From an uncultured delta proteobacterium (GTDB lineage Bacteria; Desulfobacterota; Binatia; DP-6): DNA of 64,000 nucleotides. Where the stretch lies: positions 704,001 to 768,000 of the forward strand of contig CAWFFN010000005.1 in the NCBI GenBank assembly GCA_963815115.1, written 5' to 3'. How positions within the stretch are numbered: position 1 is the first letter of the stretch; each line of letters starts with the position of its first letter. Positions 1-10,821 of this stretch are shown in pieces. The notes beneath the pieces are model-generated. The model did not search any database, was not told the DNA's origin, and saw nothing but the letters and a program-made list of their open reading frames with translations. The position numbers were made by a program, and so were the translations under genes.

Positions 1-765
1 GACTTCGCCAACGGCGCGCAGGTCATCATCGACCAGTTCATCGCGAGCTCCGAGTCCAAGTGGCAGCGCATGAGCGGGCTCGTGCTCCTGCTGCCGCACG
101 GCTACGAGGGGCAGGGCCCCGAGCACTCCAGCGCTCGGCTCGAGCGCTTCCTGCAGCTGTGCGCCGAGCAGAACATGCAGGTCTGCAACTTCACGACGCC
201 CGCCCAGTACTTCCACGCGCTGCGCCGCCAGATGCACCGCACCTTTCGCAAGCCACTGGTCGTGATGAGCCCGAAGAGCCTGCTTCGCCACCGCCACGCG
301 GTGTCGGGCATCGCCGACCTGAGCCGGGGGCGCTTCGAGCCGGTGCTCGACGACGTCGCGCGGGCGGACGCGGCGCAGGCCGAGATCGCCCTCGACCCGC
401 CGCGCGTACGCCGCGTGCTCCTGTGCAGCGGGAAGATCTACTATGCGCTGATCGCCGGGCGGCACGAGCGCAACGCGGACACCGTCGCCATCGTGCGCGT
501 CGAGCAGCTCTACCCGTTCCCGCGCCGGGAGCTGGAAGGCGTCCTCGGTGGCTACCCGAACGCGGAGCGCATCTGCTGGGTGCAGGAGGAGCCGGAAAAC
601 ATGGGGGCCTGGCGTTTCGTCGAGCCGCTGCTGCGACCGCTGCTGGGCGGGCGGACGCTCGCCTACGTGGGACGCGACGAGGCCGCCAGCCCAGCCTCCG
701 GATCGTACAAGATGCACCAGGCGGAGGAGGCCGACCTGGTGAACCGCGCCTTCGCGCGCCTCTAG
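1..765 (+). CDS. sucA: 2-oxoglutarate dehydrogenase E1, C-terminal part (5' truncated by window edge)
   Basis: Frame from base 1 reads DFANGAQVIIDQFI...LLLPHGYEGQGPEHSSARLERFLQL...WVQEEPENMGAW, hallmark SucA motifs; followed by E2 and E3 genes. Confidence 0.97.
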   Translation, partial: DFANGAQVIIDQFIASSESKWQRMSGLVLLLPHGYEGQGPEHSSARLERFLQLCAEQNMQVCNFTTPAQYFHALRRQMHRTFRKPLVVMSPKSLLRHRHAVSGIADLSRGRFEPVLDDVARADAAQAEIALDPPRVRRVLLCSGKIYYALIAGRHERNADTVAIVRVEQLYPFPRRELEGVLGGYPNAERICWVQEEPENMGAWRFVEPLLRPLLGGRTLAYVGRDEAASPASGSYKMHQAEEADLVNRAFARL

Positions 766-785
766 CGGCGCGCGGGAGAGGGGAC

Positions 786-2091
786 ATGTTCGAGGTCCGG
801 ATCCCGAGTCTGGGGGAGTCGGTGACCGAGGCGCGGATCGCGCGCTGGGCCAAGGCCGACGGCGAGTCCGTCGCGCAGGACGAGGTGCTGTTCGAGCTCG
901 AGAGTGACAAGGCGAGCATGGAGCTGCCCGCCGAGCGTGCCGGCGTGCTCCACATCGTGAAGCAGGAGGGCGAGACGGTCGTCGTGGGCGATCTGGTCGC
1001 GCGCATCGAGGACGGTGCGGGTGCAGGCGCGACGCCCGCCCGGGCGCCGGTGCCGGCGACGGGACACGTGCCGTCCCCGCCGCCCGCCCGCGCCTGCCGC
1101 CGCTTCGCAACCTCCGTCGCCGCCCGGGAGCAGGGCGGTGGGCCCACTCAGCCCGGCGGTGCGAAACCTGATCGAGGAGCACGGCCTCGACCCCGCCGCG
1201 ATCGCGGCTTCGGGCAGGGGCGGGCGGCTCACCAAGGCCGACGTGCTCGTGCATCTCGAGGGCCGCGCCGCACCCGCTCCGGCCGCACCTGCGGCCGCTG
1301 CGGCGGCCACGGCGCAGGCTGCCGCAAGTCCGGCGACGGCGCCGGCCTCGACGGTGTCGCTGACCGCGCGTCCGGCGCCTCGCCCGGCGGGCGAGGGTGA
1401 GGAACGCGTCGCGATGACCCGCATCCGCAAGCGCATCGCCGAGCGTCTCGTCGCCGCGCAGCACACCGCCGCCATCCTCACCACGTTCAACGAGATCGAC
1501 TGCAGTGCCGTGATGGCGCTGCGCGCGCAGCACAAGGATCGCTTCCAGCAGAAGTACGGCGTGGCGCTCGGGTTCATGTCGTTCTTCGCCCGCGCCTGCA
1601 TCGCCGCGCTGGCAGAGATTCCCGCCGTCAACGCCGCGATCGACGGCGACGACGTCGTCTACAAGCACTTCGTCCACCTCGGCGTGGCGGTCGGTACGGA
1701 GCGCGGGCTCGTGGTGCCCGTGGTCAAGCACGCCGACGCCATGTCGTTCGCCGATCTCGAGCGCGAGATTGCCCGCCTCGCCGGGCTCGCACGGGACGGC
1801 AAGCTCGCCGTCGACGACCTCGTCGGGGGCACCTTCACGATCTCGAACGGCGGCGTGTACGGCTCGTTGCTCTCCACCCCGATCCTCAATCCGCCCCAGA
1901 GCGGCATCCTCGGCATGCACAAGATCGAGAAGCGACCGGTCGTGGTGCAGGATCAGATCGTCGTGCGCCCGATGATGTACGTCGCGCTGTCGTACGACCA
2001 CCGCCTGGTGGACGGCGCGCAGGCCGTCACCTTCCTCGTGCGCGTGAAGGAACGCCTCGAGGATCCGGCGCGGCTGCTCCTCGACGTCTGA
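786..2091 (+). CDS. sucB: Dihydrolipoyl succinyltransferase E2, split by an apparent +1 frameshift near 1081-1090
   Basis: ATG 786 gives the lipoyl domain ([16 protein letters not shown]...[10 protein letters not shown]); E3-binding (LSPAVRNL...[11 protein letters not shown]) and catalytic (DHRLVDG) domains are in the next frame, ending at 2091. Confidence 0.93.
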
Positions 2092-3488
2092 TGGCGGAGC
2101 GCTTCGACCTCGTCGTCATCGGCTCGGGACCGGCGGGCTATACCGGCGCCATCCGCGCCGCCCAGCTCGGCATGCGGGTCGCGTGCGTCGAGAAGGATCC
2201 ACCGCTCGGCGGAACCTGCCTGAACGTCGGCTGCATCCCCAGCAAGGCGCTGCTCGACTCGAGCGAGCTCTTTCACCAGGCGCGGCACGGGCTCGGCGAG
2301 CACGGCGTGCGCACCGGCGACGTCTCTCTCGACCTGCCGGCGATGCTGGCGCGGAAGGACAAGATCGTGCACGGCCTCACCCAGGGCATCGCCGGTCTCT
2401 TCCGCAAGAACAAGATCACCCGGGTGGCCGGGACGGGTCGCCTCGCTGCGGCCAACCGCGTCGCGGTGCGGGGAAGCAACGGCGAGGTCACGCTCGAGGC
2501 GGCCCACGTCCTCATCGCGACCGGCAGCGAGCCGATCCCACTTCCGTCGCTGCCCTTCGACGGCGAGCGCATCGTCAGCTCGACGGAGGCGCTCACGCTG
2601 CCGCAGGTACCCGGCCGCCTGCTCGTGGTCGGCGCCGGCGCGATCGGCCTCGAGCTGGGCTCGGTGTGGAGCCGGCTCGGGTCCGAGGTCCTGGTGGTGG
2701 AGTTCCTCGATCGCATCGTGCCATGGGCCGACGCCTCGATGTCGAAGCAGCTCCAGCGGGCCCTCACCAAGCAGGGTCTCGCCTTTCGCCTCTCGACGCA
2801 GGCGAAGGCGGCGGAGCGTACCGGCGACGGCATGCGCGTCACCCTCGCCGGTCCGGCCGAGCCACCCGTCATCGAGACCGACGTCATCCTCGTGGCCGTC
2901 GGTCGCCGTCCGTACACCGAGGGGCTGGGCGCCCGCGAGCTCGGTGTGGCCTTCGACGAGCGCGGGCGCATCGTCGTCGACGAGCGCTTCGCGACCAGCC
3001 TGCCCGGTGTCTACGCCGTGGGCGACGTGATCCCGGGGCCGATGCTGGCGCACAAGGGCGAGGAGGAGGCCGTCGCCGCGGTCGAGGGCATGGCCGGCCA
3101 TCCCGTTCACGTCGACCACGACGTGATCCCGAACGTCGTCTACACGGCGCCGGAGCTGGCGAGCGTCGGGATGACGGAAGAGGAGGCCAGGAGCCGCGGC
3201 CACGAGGTGCGCGTCGGCACCTTCCCCTACCAGGCGAATGCGCGCGCGCGCTGCCTGGGCGAGACCGAGGGCGGCGTCAAGGTCATCGCCGATGCGAAGA
3301 CCGACCGCATCCTCGGCATCCACATCCTCGCCGCCCGGGCGTCGGATCTCATCGCCGAAGCGGTGCTCGCGATGGTGTACGGTGCCAGCGCGGAGGATGT
3401 CGGGCGCACCATCCACGCTCACCCGTCGCTACCCGAGGCCATCAAGGAAGCGGCGCTCGGGGTCGCCGGTCGGTCGATCAACATCTGA
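2091..3488 (+). CDS. lpdA: Dihydrolipoyl dehydrogenase E3
   Basis: GSGPAG FAD motif, GGTCLNVGCIPSK disulfide motif, HAHPSLPE active site; 1-nt overlap with sucB. Confidence 0.97.
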   Translation: MAERFDLVVIGSGPAGYTGAIRAAQLGMRVACVEKDPPLGGTCLNVGCIPSKALLDSSELFHQARHGLGEHGVRTGDVSLDLPAMLARKDKIVHGLTQGIAGLFRKNKITRVAGTGRLAAANRVAVRGSNGEVTLEAAHVLIATGSEPIPLPSLPFDGERIVSSTEALTLPQVPGRLLVVGAGAIGLELGSVWSRLGSEVLVVEFLDRIVPWADASMSKQLQRALTKQGLAFRLSTQAKAAERTGDGMRVTLAGPAEPPVIETDVILVAVGRRPYTEGLGARELGVAFDERGRIVVDERFATSLPGVYAVGDVIPGPMLAHKGEEEAVAAVEGMAGHPVHVDHDVIPNVVYTAPELASVGMTEEEARSRGHEVRVGTFPYQANARARCLGETEGGVKVIADAKTDRILGIHILAARASDLIAEAVLAMVYGASAEDVGRTIHAHPSLPEAIKEAALGVAGRSINI

Positions 3489-3518
3489 CCGCGCGCGGCG
3501 GGTTGCCGCCGCGCGCGG
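3489..3518. terminator. GC-rich hairpin between convergent lpdA and FKBP genes (possible bidirectional terminator)
   Basis: CCGCGCGCGGCGG-GTTG-CCGCCGCGCGCGG, perfect 13-bp stem; no U-tract. Confidence 0.6.
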
Positions 3519-3527
3519 GACGTCGTC

Positions 3528-4253
3528 CTACTTCTTCTCTTCCTTCTTCTCGCCTTCCTTGGGCGCCGCAGCCGGCTGCTCCTTCATGATCTCGAGCAGC
3601 TCGACGTCGAAGACCAGCGTGGAGCCCGGCTTGATCTTGGGCGGGGCGCCGCGGTCGCCGTAGGCGAGGTCGGACGGGCAGACGAGCTTGGCCTTGCCCC
3701 CGACCTTCATCATGCCCACACCCTCGGTCCAGCACTTGATGACCTGGTTCAGCGGGAACGTCGCGGGCTGGCCCCGCTCCACCGAGCTGTCGAACACCGT
3801 GCCGTCGGTGAGCTTGCCGGTGTAGTTCACCTTCACCTTGTCGGTGGGCTTGGGAATGTCGCCGCTGCCCGCCTTCTCCTCGAGGTAGATCGCGCCGGAG
3901 GGCGTCTTCTTGGCGCCCTTCTCGGCGGCGGCCTTGTCGAGGAACGGCTGGGCCGCCTTCTTCTCGGTCTCGGCGGCCGCCTTGGCGCGGGTCTGCTGGA
4001 GCTCCTGGATCTTCGGCATGTACTTCTCGAGATCGACCTTCTTCTCCTCCTTGGAGAAGAGGCCGTCGTTCATCCCGGCCTCGATCGACTGCAGCTCGGC
4101 CGGGGTCAGGGAGAAGGCCGCGAGGTTGCGGCTGAGCGCGAGGCCGAGTGCATAGAGCGTCTTCTGGTCCTCGGTCTCGAGCTTCACGTCCGCGGCGCGG
4201 GCCGCGGGGGCGAGGGCCAGGGCCACGAGCAGCGCGGCGGCGACGGTTCGCAT
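3528..4253 (-). CDS. FKBP-type peptidyl-prolyl cis-trans isomerase (FkpA/Mip-like, signal peptide)
   Basis: MRTVAAALLVALALAPAARA signal; VKVNYTGKLTDGTVFDSS, VIKCWTEG, LAYG, LVFDVELL motifs. Confidence 0.95.
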   Translation of the reverse strand: MRTVAAALLVALALAPAARAADVKLETEDQKTLYALGLALSRNLAAFSLTPAELQSIEAGMNDGLFSKEEKKVDLEKYMPKIQELQQTRAKAAAETEKKAAQPFLDKAAAEKGAKKTPSGAIYLEEKAGSGDIPKPTDKVKVNYTGKLTDGTVFDSSVERGQPATFPLNQVIKCWTEGVGMMKVGGKAKLVCPSDLAYGDRGAPPKIKPGSTLVFDVELLEIMKEQPAAAPKEGEKKEEKK

Positions 4254-4466
4254 GAGATTACTCCTTTGTCGGCGAGAGAATCCGGCGGTACTAGCTGCCT
4301 TCGGCTCCGGGGGCAAGAGCGCAACCGGGAGACCTGCGCGACCGGGGTCGATCCGTGCTAGAAGCCTGGCATGGACGGCAGGAGGCCGGCGCGAAGCGTT
4401 TTCGTGGTGAGCACGATCCTGCTCGCGGCCGGGTCGCGGGCGGCGGTCCCCACCCGCTGAGCAGCC

Positions 4467-5141
4467 ATGCCGCGCTCGGGCCGACGCCGCGGGGCCGGCG
4501 TGCTCGCGCTCCTCGCGATCGCGACGGCCGCGCTCGCCGGTCCCTCGCACGACGCCACCTCGCACCGCCGCTTCGACGACCCGGCCTACTGGTCGAAGGT
4601 ATTCGACGATCCGGCGCGCGCGGAGTGGCAGAAGCCCACGGAGGTCGCCGCGGCGCTCGCCCTGCGCCCGGGGCAGGCGGTCGCCGACCTCGGCGCCGGC
4701 ACGGGCTACTTCACGCGGCCGCTGGCCGAGGCGGTGGGCCCGGCGGGGACGGTGTACGCGGTCGACGTCGAGCCGAACCTGGTCGCGCATCTGCGCGAGC
4801 GAGCTGCCCGCGAGGGCCTCTCCAACGTGCGCCCGATCCTCGCCGCGGCGCGCGATCCGCATCTGCCGGCCGCGGGAGTCGACGCCGTGCTGGTGGTCGA
4901 CACCTATCACCACATCGACGACCGCATCGGGTACTTCCGCCGCCTGCGGCGCGCCCTCCGCCCGCGCGGGCGCGTCGCCGTCGTCGACTGGCACAAGCGG
5001 CCGATGCCGGTGGGACCGGAGATGGACCACAAGATCGCCCGCGAGCAGGTGGTCGACGAGATGGACGCGGCGGGCTACCGGCTGGTCGAGGAGCCGACAT
5101 TCCTCCCGTACCAGTATTTCCTGGTCTTCCAGCCGCGCTGA
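4467..5141 (+). CDS. Class I SAM-dependent methyltransferase with predicted signal peptide
   Basis: VADLGAGTGYF motif I, VYAVDVE, DTYHHI; hydrophobic N-terminus. Confidence 0.88.
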   Translation: MPRSGRRRGAGVLALLAIATAALAGPSHDATSHRRFDDPAYWSKVFDDPARAEWQKPTEVAAALALRPGQAVADLGAGTGYFTRPLAEAVGPAGTVYAVDVEPNLVAHLRERAAREGLSNVRPILAAARDPHLPAAGVDAVLVVDTYHHIDDRIGYFRRLRRALRPRGRVAVVDWHKRPMPVGPEMDHKIAREQVVDEMDAAGYRLVEEPTFLPYQYFLVFQPR

Positions 5142-5150
5142 GCGTTCGCC

Positions 5151-6398
5151 GTGCCCGTCGCTTCGCGCCGTCCCCTCGGCCTGCGCCTGCTGAATGGAGT
5201 CGGTGGCGCCCTGCGGGCTGCCGGCCTGCCCCTCCTGCGTCTCGACGAGGCGTCGCTCCTCGCCGAGGCGTCGCGGCAGACCGGGCTCGACGACTTCGGG
5301 GACGACGGCTTCCGGGATCCGCTGCGGCGGCTTCTCGCGTCGTACGAGTCCGAGGCGAGGTTGACGGTGCTGGGGCGGCTGATCGCCCGGCGCGACGCCG
5401 TGCGCCTCCTCCAGAACCGGCTCCGCCTGGTCGACACGTGGCGGCGCCACCCGGAGATCGCCGCGGAAGAGGTTCACGCGCCCATCGTCATCGTGGGCCT
5501 GCCGCGCACCGGGACGACCGTCCTGCACGGGCTGCTGGCGCAGGACCCCCGGAACCGCGTGCCGATGACGTGGGAGGTGATGCATCCCTGGCCCGCGCCC
5601 GAACGCGCCACGTACGACACCGACCCGCGGATCGCGCAGGTCGAGCGCCACTTCGCCGGCGTCGAGCGCGTCATCCCCGGCTTCGAGTCCATGCACCCGA
5701 TGGGCCCGCTGCTGCCCCAGGAGTGTGTCGCCCTCACCGCGCACGAGTTCGCGACCATGATCTACCATACCGCCAACCGGGTCCCGTCGTATCAGCGCTG
5801 GCTCGACGGTGCGGATATGCGTCCGGTGTACCGTGCGCACCGGCGCTGGCTGCAGTATCTGCAGTGGAGATGTCCGGGCGAGCGGTGGGTGCTCAAGTCA
5901 CCCGGTCACCTGTGGGCGATCGACGCGCTGCTCGGCGAGTACCCCGACGTGCGCATCGTCCAGACGCACCGCGATCCGCTCAAGGTCGTCGCCTCGCTGG
6001 CGAGCCTGGTGACGCTGCTGCGCAGCATGGCGACCGACGAGATCGATCCGCACGAGATCGGCGCCGACTGGACGGAGCGCCTGGCAGAAGGCCTCCGCCG
6101 CGGCATGGCGGCGCGGGCGAACGGCCTGCTGTCGCCGTCGCAGGTGGTCGACGTGCAGTTCCACGACCTGCTGCGCGACGAGATCGCGACGGTTCGGCGG
6201 ATCTACTCCCATTTCGGCCTGACGCTGCCGCCGGACGTCGAGGCGCGGATGCGCGCGTTCCTCGCCGCCAATCCGCGCGAGAAGCACGGCGCGCATCGCT
6301 ATGCGTTCACCGCCGCCGGCCTGGACGAGACGACCGAGCGGGCACGCTACGCGGACTACGAGGCGCGCTTCGCGATCCCGCGCGAAGCCGTCGACTGA
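5151..6398 (+). CDS. Sulfotransferase family protein (mycobacterial Stf-like)
   Basis: IVGLPRTGTT 5'-PSB loop, WVLKSPGHL, QTHRDP motifs. Confidence 0.92.
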   Translation: MPVASRRPLGLRLLNGVGGALRAAGLPLLRLDEASLLAEASRQTGLDDFGDDGFRDPLRRLLASYESEARLTVLGRLIARRDAVRLLQNRLRLVDTWRRHPEIAAEEVHAPIVIVGLPRTGTTVLHGLLAQDPRNRVPMTWEVMHPWPAPERATYDTDPRIAQVERHFAGVERVIPGFESMHPMGPLLPQECVALTAHEFATMIYHTANRVPSYQRWLDGADMRPVYRAHRRWLQYLQWRCPGERWVLKSPGHLWAIDALLGEYPDVRIVQTHRDPLKVVASLASLVTLLRSMATDEIDPHEIGADWTERLAEGLRRGMAARANGLLSPSQVVDVQFHDLLRDEIATVRRIYSHFGLTLPPDVEARMRAFLAANPREKHGAHRYAFTAAGLDETTERARYADYEARFAIPREAVD

Positions 6399-6402
6399 CC
6401 GG

Positions 6403-7503
6403 CTACTGGCCTCCGCCCCGCAACGTCTCCAGCGACACCACCTCCGAGGCCGGCTGCGGCGGCAGCGCGGCGGCCTGGAGCCAGCGGCAGAAGACGAGCC
6501 CGTCGCGCTGGCCGGCGGTGGAGATCCAGTTCGGGACTCCGGGATCGCGATGCGCCAGCACGACCCGGAAGCCGCCGTCCGCGCCCAGCTCGGCCTGGGC
6601 GTGGTTCAGCGACACGCGGTGGTGGCGATGGTCGAGCGACTGCATGTAGCGGTTCCAGGCCTGGACGCCCCAGTAGGTGCAGGGTGGAATCGTGCCCGAG
6701 ATCACCAGCGCCTGGTCGGGCTCGAGGCGGAAGGCACCGAGCGCATAGACGTTGTCCGGCGTGCCCCAGCCCGGGACGTGCGGACTCCAGGGCATGGGTG
6801 GACCGACGAGGTTGGGGGGGAGCTCCGGGAGCGGGACGACGCTCAGGGTCTCGCGCACGAAGGTCGCCACGGCGCGCAGCCGGCGGGCGAGCGCGGCGTC
6901 GTCGAGCGGCGCGGGCGGCGGCGGCGGGGCGAGCGCCTCGATCCGGAAACGTGACGGCCGCGCGGTGGTGGGATCGAGAAAATACTCCCGGGCGATGACG
7001 CAGACGGCGTCCGGATCGAGACGTGCCCAGTCGGCCGTACCCTCCGGAGGGGGAGAGCGGCTCAGCACGATCTCGAAGCGGCCGTCGGCCGCGAACCTGA
7101 GGTCGCGCTGCGAGACGTTCGTCACCACGCGCTCCGACCATTCGCCGTCCGGCTTGCCGCCGTAGACGCAGAACGCGAGATAGACCCCGTCGCCGCGCAC
7201 ACCGGCGATGCGGTAGGCGCGGTCGCCGCGCACCGGGGCGAAGTGGTAGACGGAGTCGACGTTGTCGCCCAGGATCTTCCGGGTGGGAGACGCGAGCGGC
7301 GTGAAGGCGGGTCGCTCGGCGTCGGCTTCGAGGTAGAGGTCGAAGGCGTAGCCGAGCAGGTGGGTGAGGTGGTGGTAGCCGTCGGCGATTCCCTGCGCAT
7401 CGAGCGGTCCGCGTGGTGGAGCGAGGAACGTCGCGTCGGCCTCGCGCAGGAGCTCGAGGAGGGCGAGCCACGCGCGCCGGCTCTCCGGTTCCGGAGCCGT
7501 CAT
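6403..7503 (-). CDS. DUF1214-like protein
   Basis: GDNVDSVY, DGRFEIVLS, VLAHRDPGVPNWISTAG motifs typical of DUF1214 proteins found beside sulfotransferases; ATG at 7503 overlaps the upstream TGA. Confidence 0.8.
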   Translation of the reverse strand: MTAPEPESRRAWLALLELLREADATFLAPPRGPLDAQGIADGYHHLTHLLGYAFDLYLEADAERPAFTPLASPTRKILGDNVDSVYHFAPVRGDRAYRIAGVRGDGVYLAFCVYGGKPDGEWSERVVTNVSQRDLRFAADGRFEIVLSRSPPPEGTADWARLDPDAVCVIAREYFLDPTTARPSRFRIEALAPPPPPAPLDDAALARRLRAVATFVRETLSVVPLPELPPNLVGPPMPWSPHVPGWGTPDNVYALGAFRLEPDQALVISGTIPPCTYWGVQAWNRYMQSLDHRHHRVSLNHAQAELGADGGFRVVLAHRDPGVPNWISTAGQRDGLVFCRWLQAAALPPQPASEVVSLETLRGGGQ

Positions 7504-7991
7504 CGGCCCGGCGTCGGCGTGCAGGTGACCGTGCAGGCCACGCGCGAGAGGCAACACGTCCGGCAGCTGCCGGTCGCGATCGGCGCCGTCCAGCAGTTGG
7601 GTCCCACCGGGTTGAGCGGGGCAGACGTGCCGGCGCGGAGGTCCGACGGCAGCATCAGGAAGAGACTGCTCGGAAGCGGCGTGACCTCGCTCACCGCGCT
7701 CGGGGCATCCGGCTGGTCGCGGTGAAAGTAGGCGAGCACCGAGCGCCGGACGTAGATCAGCTGCGTGTCCAGACGACTCGCCTGCAACACGAAGTCCGGG
7801 TTGCCGTTCTGCGCGACATACGCCTTGATGGTCGGATCGGCGGCGGCCTCGCGCATGACCTCACCGGCGCCGAGATCGCGGGCGTTCAGCAGGATGCCGA
7901 GGTAGCGCGTCGCCGGCGTCGACCGCGAACCGACGCAGGCGGCGGTCGACAGCACCAGACCGGCGACCCAGGCGCTCCCCCGCAGCAGCAC
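7500..7991 (-). CDS. Hypothetical lipoprotein with Cys-rich C-terminus
   Basis: Lipobox-like LSTAAC; tail CWTAPIATGSCRTCCLSRVACTVTC; ATGA overlap with next gene. Confidence 0.65.
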   Translation of the reverse strand: MLLRGSAWVAGLVLSTAACVGSRSTPATRYLGILLNARDLGAGEVMREAAADPTIKAYVAQNGNPDFVLQASRLDTQLIYVRRSVLAYFHRDQPDAPSAVSEVTPLPSSLFLMLPSDLRAGTSAPLNPVGPNCWTAPIATGSCRTCCLSRVACTVTCTPTPGR

Positions 7992-8005
7992 GCATCAGAC
8001 CTGCC

Positions 8006-8413
8006 TCAACTCGACCGGTCCGGGCAAGCCCCGGGATGCACCGGAAACTCGAGCGCGCGGGCTGCCCGAACGAGCCTGTCGTCGTAGCTTGCCAGCGTGA
8101 TACGGTCGCCCCGGTCGCGGAGGAAGCTCATGGTCGCGAGGTGGAGCGCATCGAGCGTTCGGACCGCCATCGGAAACGGTTCTGTCGCCCGCGCGAGCAC
8201 CACCGGGCTCAGCTCCACGATCGACACGACGCCAAGCAGCTGCCGGACCTCCTCGGCGTGGCTTCGCCCGAGGCCCCTGGCATTGATCCGAGTCCACAGC
8301 TCGTACTCGAGCAGTCGGCTCGAAACGAGCAGCTCCGCCCAGAGCGCAGGCTCGGGCGCACGCGTCTCACCGAGGAGGTGAGCCAGGGCAACGGAGGTGT
8401 CGAGGTAGGTCAC
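8006..8413 (-). CDS. vapC: PIN-domain VapC toxin
   Basis: YLDTS, LEYE, RTLDALHLAT, SYDDRL acidic PIN motifs; overlaps antitoxin stop. Confidence 0.9.
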   Translation of the reverse strand: MTYLDTSVALAHLLGETRAPEPALWAELLVSSRLLEYELWTRINARGLGRSHAEEVRQLLGVVSIVELSPVVLARATEPFPMAVRTLDALHLATMSFLRDRGDRITLASYDDRLVRAARALEFPVHPGACPDRSS

Positions 8414-8700
8414 CGGTCGGCGCGATCGCGATCGAGCTCGCGAAGGATGGTCTCGGTGGTCGCCACAGGCTTGCGCGGAGGCACCGTACCCCGCGGCGCG
8501 AGAGGCGGCCGGAGGACGCCGTCCCGGAGGAGCGCTGCAAGATGAACATCCGTGACGGAGTCGCCCCGCCCGGCCGCGGGCGGGCTGATCTCGGCGACGA
8601 CGCGGTCGCGATCGGTGACCAACACCGTCTCCCCTCGGGCGACGAGCCGAATGTACTCACTCAGCTTGTTCTTCAGCACCTTGAGACCGACCGCGCGCAT
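8410..8700 (-). CDS. Phd/YefM family antitoxin
   Basis: MRAVGLKVLKNKLSEYIRLVARGETVLVTDRDRVVAEI, Phd fold; directly upstream of PIN toxin. Confidence 0.9.
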   Translation of the reverse strand: MRAVGLKVLKNKLSEYIRLVARGETVLVTDRDRVVAEISPPAAGRGDSVTDVHLAALLRDGVLRPPLAPRGTVPPRKPVATTETILRELDRDRADR

Positions 8701-8737
8701 GACCATGAAGGTAGCTCCCGGAAGCTACCGTGGTCAA
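8701..8737 (-). promoter_or_regulatory. Sigma70-type leaderless promoter with overlapping palindromic operator of the TA pair
   Basis: Minus strand TTGACC-N18-TACCTT-N7-ATG; inverted repeat GGTAGCT-cccgga-AGCTACC (8710-8729) lies across the spacer and -10. Confidence 0.7.
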
Positions 8738-9138
8738 CCGCGCGGCCGGCGTGACGGGTGGGGCGCTCCGGATCGGCGCGCTCGAGCCGGATATCAACGC
8801 CTGCCGGAGCGCTCGTCGAACCGGCGGGAAGCGAACCGGGTGTCATGTGGGGCGCGATCCTCGAGCGCGCCATCGCGGGCGGTCTCCGAGGAGTCGCGGA
8901 GGTGAACGGCGAGAGGATTCGGAAGAGCGCATCCGATAGCAGCGCTCTGGTCGGTGCCATCTGGAGCGTGGCGGCGCCCGCCCCGCTCCACGAGCGGCTT
9001 CACCTTCGACTTCCCCTGGGAGAGGGCGCGCAACGAGGACAGACAACCATGGCTGCGACCGTGACCCTGCGCGCCGCTACCGCGACCCCGTCGGCAGCGT
9101 TGACACACGATCCCGCGTCGCGTTGAAGGAGCCCTCCC

Positions 9139-10795
<1,657 letters not shown>

Positions 10796-10821
<26 letters not shown>

